DNA of 63,663 bases, the filler included, from Reclinomonas americana ATCC 50394 (lineage: Eukaryota): assembly GCA_048213135.1 (NCBI GenBank). It is 17 parts of 17 records of this genome, joined end to end, with 100 filler letters (N's around TTAATTAATTAA, not from the genome) between each part and the next. Parts side by side here need not be neighbours in the genome. Positions count along the whole stretch, not along the records: positions 59,903 to 62,469 come from AFZH01023046.1; positions 62,570 to 63,663 come from AFZH01023060.1; 15 more parts are not named here. The stretch is one strand, 5' to 3'. The notes under the pieces are model-generated. The model ran no database searches, was not told the origin of the DNA, and saw only the letters and a program-made list of their open reading frames with translations. Shown in pieces: positions 62,433 to 63,663 of the stretch. The position numbers and the translations under genes were made by a program. Numbering within the stretch: position 1 is the stretch's first letter; each line of letters begins with the position of its first letter.

Positions 62433-62569
62433 GTTCGACTGCCTCTTGCTGTCACTCTCGCTCCTCCTTNNNNNNNNNNNNNNNNNNNNNNNNNNNNNNN
62501 NNNNNNNNNNNNNTTAATTAATTAANNNNNNNNNNNNNNNNNNNNNNNNNNNNNNNNNNNNNNNNNNNN

Positions 62570-63498
62570 GCTGCCATGATGATCGATCGGGTACGCTTGA
62601 GGTTGTAGGCGATGGCGGTGAGGTGAACCTGGGCGGCGGCTTTGGCGAGGCCGCGCCATCGCATCCTGCGCAGCCCGTAGGATCGCTTCCATGTCCCAAA
62701 GATCTTTTCGATCCTGGCGCGAACGCGATGGATCGGCTGGTTCCAGGCCTGGAGGCGAGCCTGCACCTCGGCTTCGTCGCGTCCCCACATGCCGGTCGCG
62801 ACGACGCACGGCGTTCCACCCCTGGCACGGACCGCATCACCGAAATGTGGGCCGCGGTAAGCGCTATCGGCGAAGACCTCTCCGGGATCATCCGGCAAGG
62901 CATCCGGACCGGCACGTCCGTCATTGACGTTGGCCGGAGTGACCGAGATCTTCTCGACCAGGGCGCTCGTGGCATCCGCGCCGACATGGGCCTTGAAGCC
63001 ATGCACAGCCGGTTTGCCCTTGTGCTTCACCCATCGGCCATCATCGTCCTCCTCGCTCGCCGAGGCGATGACGGTGGCGTCGACCATCGTGCCGGTCTTG
63101 ACTGTGACCGCCCTGGCCTTGAGCTGGATCGTCACCGTTTCGAACAAGGTCCGATCGAGATTGTGTTCGACCAACTTCCCACGATAGCGCACGAAAGCTG
63201 TGCGCTCCGGCGTCGCCTCGGAGCGTGAGAACCCGCAGAAGCGGCGGAACGAGGCGCGGTCATCGAGTGCCTCGGCCAGCTTCACATCGGACAGGTCATA
63301 CCAGACCGATAGCAGCAGCGCCTTGAACATCGCCAGCGGAGGCCAGGCCGGCTCGCCCTTGGTCGCCGGATAGAGCGGCCTGAGCAGCTCCGAGATAGGA
63401 TTCCAGTCGATCAAACCATCGAGCTCGTCCAGCGACGACGCGCTCCGCGCGCCGATCACAAAGCCAAGCTGCTCCTGGCCGATCGAACGATGCGCCAT
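62570..63498 (-). CDS. IS5-family DDE transposase
   Basis: LIDW..GEPAWPPLAMFKALLLSVWYDLSD..DRASFRRFCG, VDATVI, HGFKAHVGAD, ADSAY, RARIEKIFGTWKR..AIAYNLKR; intronless, high GC. Confidence 0.95.
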
Positions 63499-63575
63499 CG
63501 CTGCTCTCCATCCCGGAAAGCTCAATGGAATCAGGTATCAAGACAGCTGTCTACGCCTACCCGCGCACAGGTCTC
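62570..63575 (-). mobile_element. Bacterial IS5-family insertion sequence (left end present, right end cut by contig)
   Basis: Transposase inside; probable left end GAGACCTGTGCGCGGG near 63575, flanked by a TTAG/CTAA target-like sequence. Confidence 0.85.
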
Positions 63576-63663
63576 CTAATACCAACGGCCCTCACATCTG
63601 ACCGCTATGAGCCCATTCTCGCATTCCGATTGATGTGATGGTTTTGGGCATTGCGATGAGCCT

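Overview
The window is an assembly of 17 contigs joined by artificial 100-nt linkers (N44-TTAATTAATTAA-N44). Contigs 1-16 come from an intron-dense, microsatellite-rich eukaryote. It is probably a flagellated protist, because an axonemal dynein heavy-chain C-terminus is present. Several genes continue correctly across linkers, so many contigs are ordered scaffold pieces. Recognisable genes, read by manual splicing, are: a secreted FN3/NHL/cadherin protein, a PLAC8-like/RBR E3 ligase, an SLC35D-type nucleotide-sugar transporter, an NDT1/SLC25A32-type mitochondrial carrier, three tandem PLAC8 genes with micro-exons, a dynein heavy-chain end, two intronless WD40 genes, a SUEL lectin, a kelch protein, an intronless ankyrin-like gene, a double-hotdog acyl-CoA thioesterase, an acidic protein with an H4-like histone fold, a LARP7-like protein, an ATP6AP2-like protein, a spliced phage-fibre-like protein with a peptidase S74 chaperone domain, two tail-to-tail restriction-like-endonuclease non-LTR retrotransposons, a UBX protein, an intronless Fic protein and a VKOR. 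The last contig is a bacterial IS5-family element, probably contamination. The best leads are the intron-bearing S74 fibre gene, the tail-to-tail retroelement pair, the H4-like acidic protein and the intronless repeat/Fic genes. All family calls come from motif recognition by eye, not from database searches. Exon boundaries are approximate.
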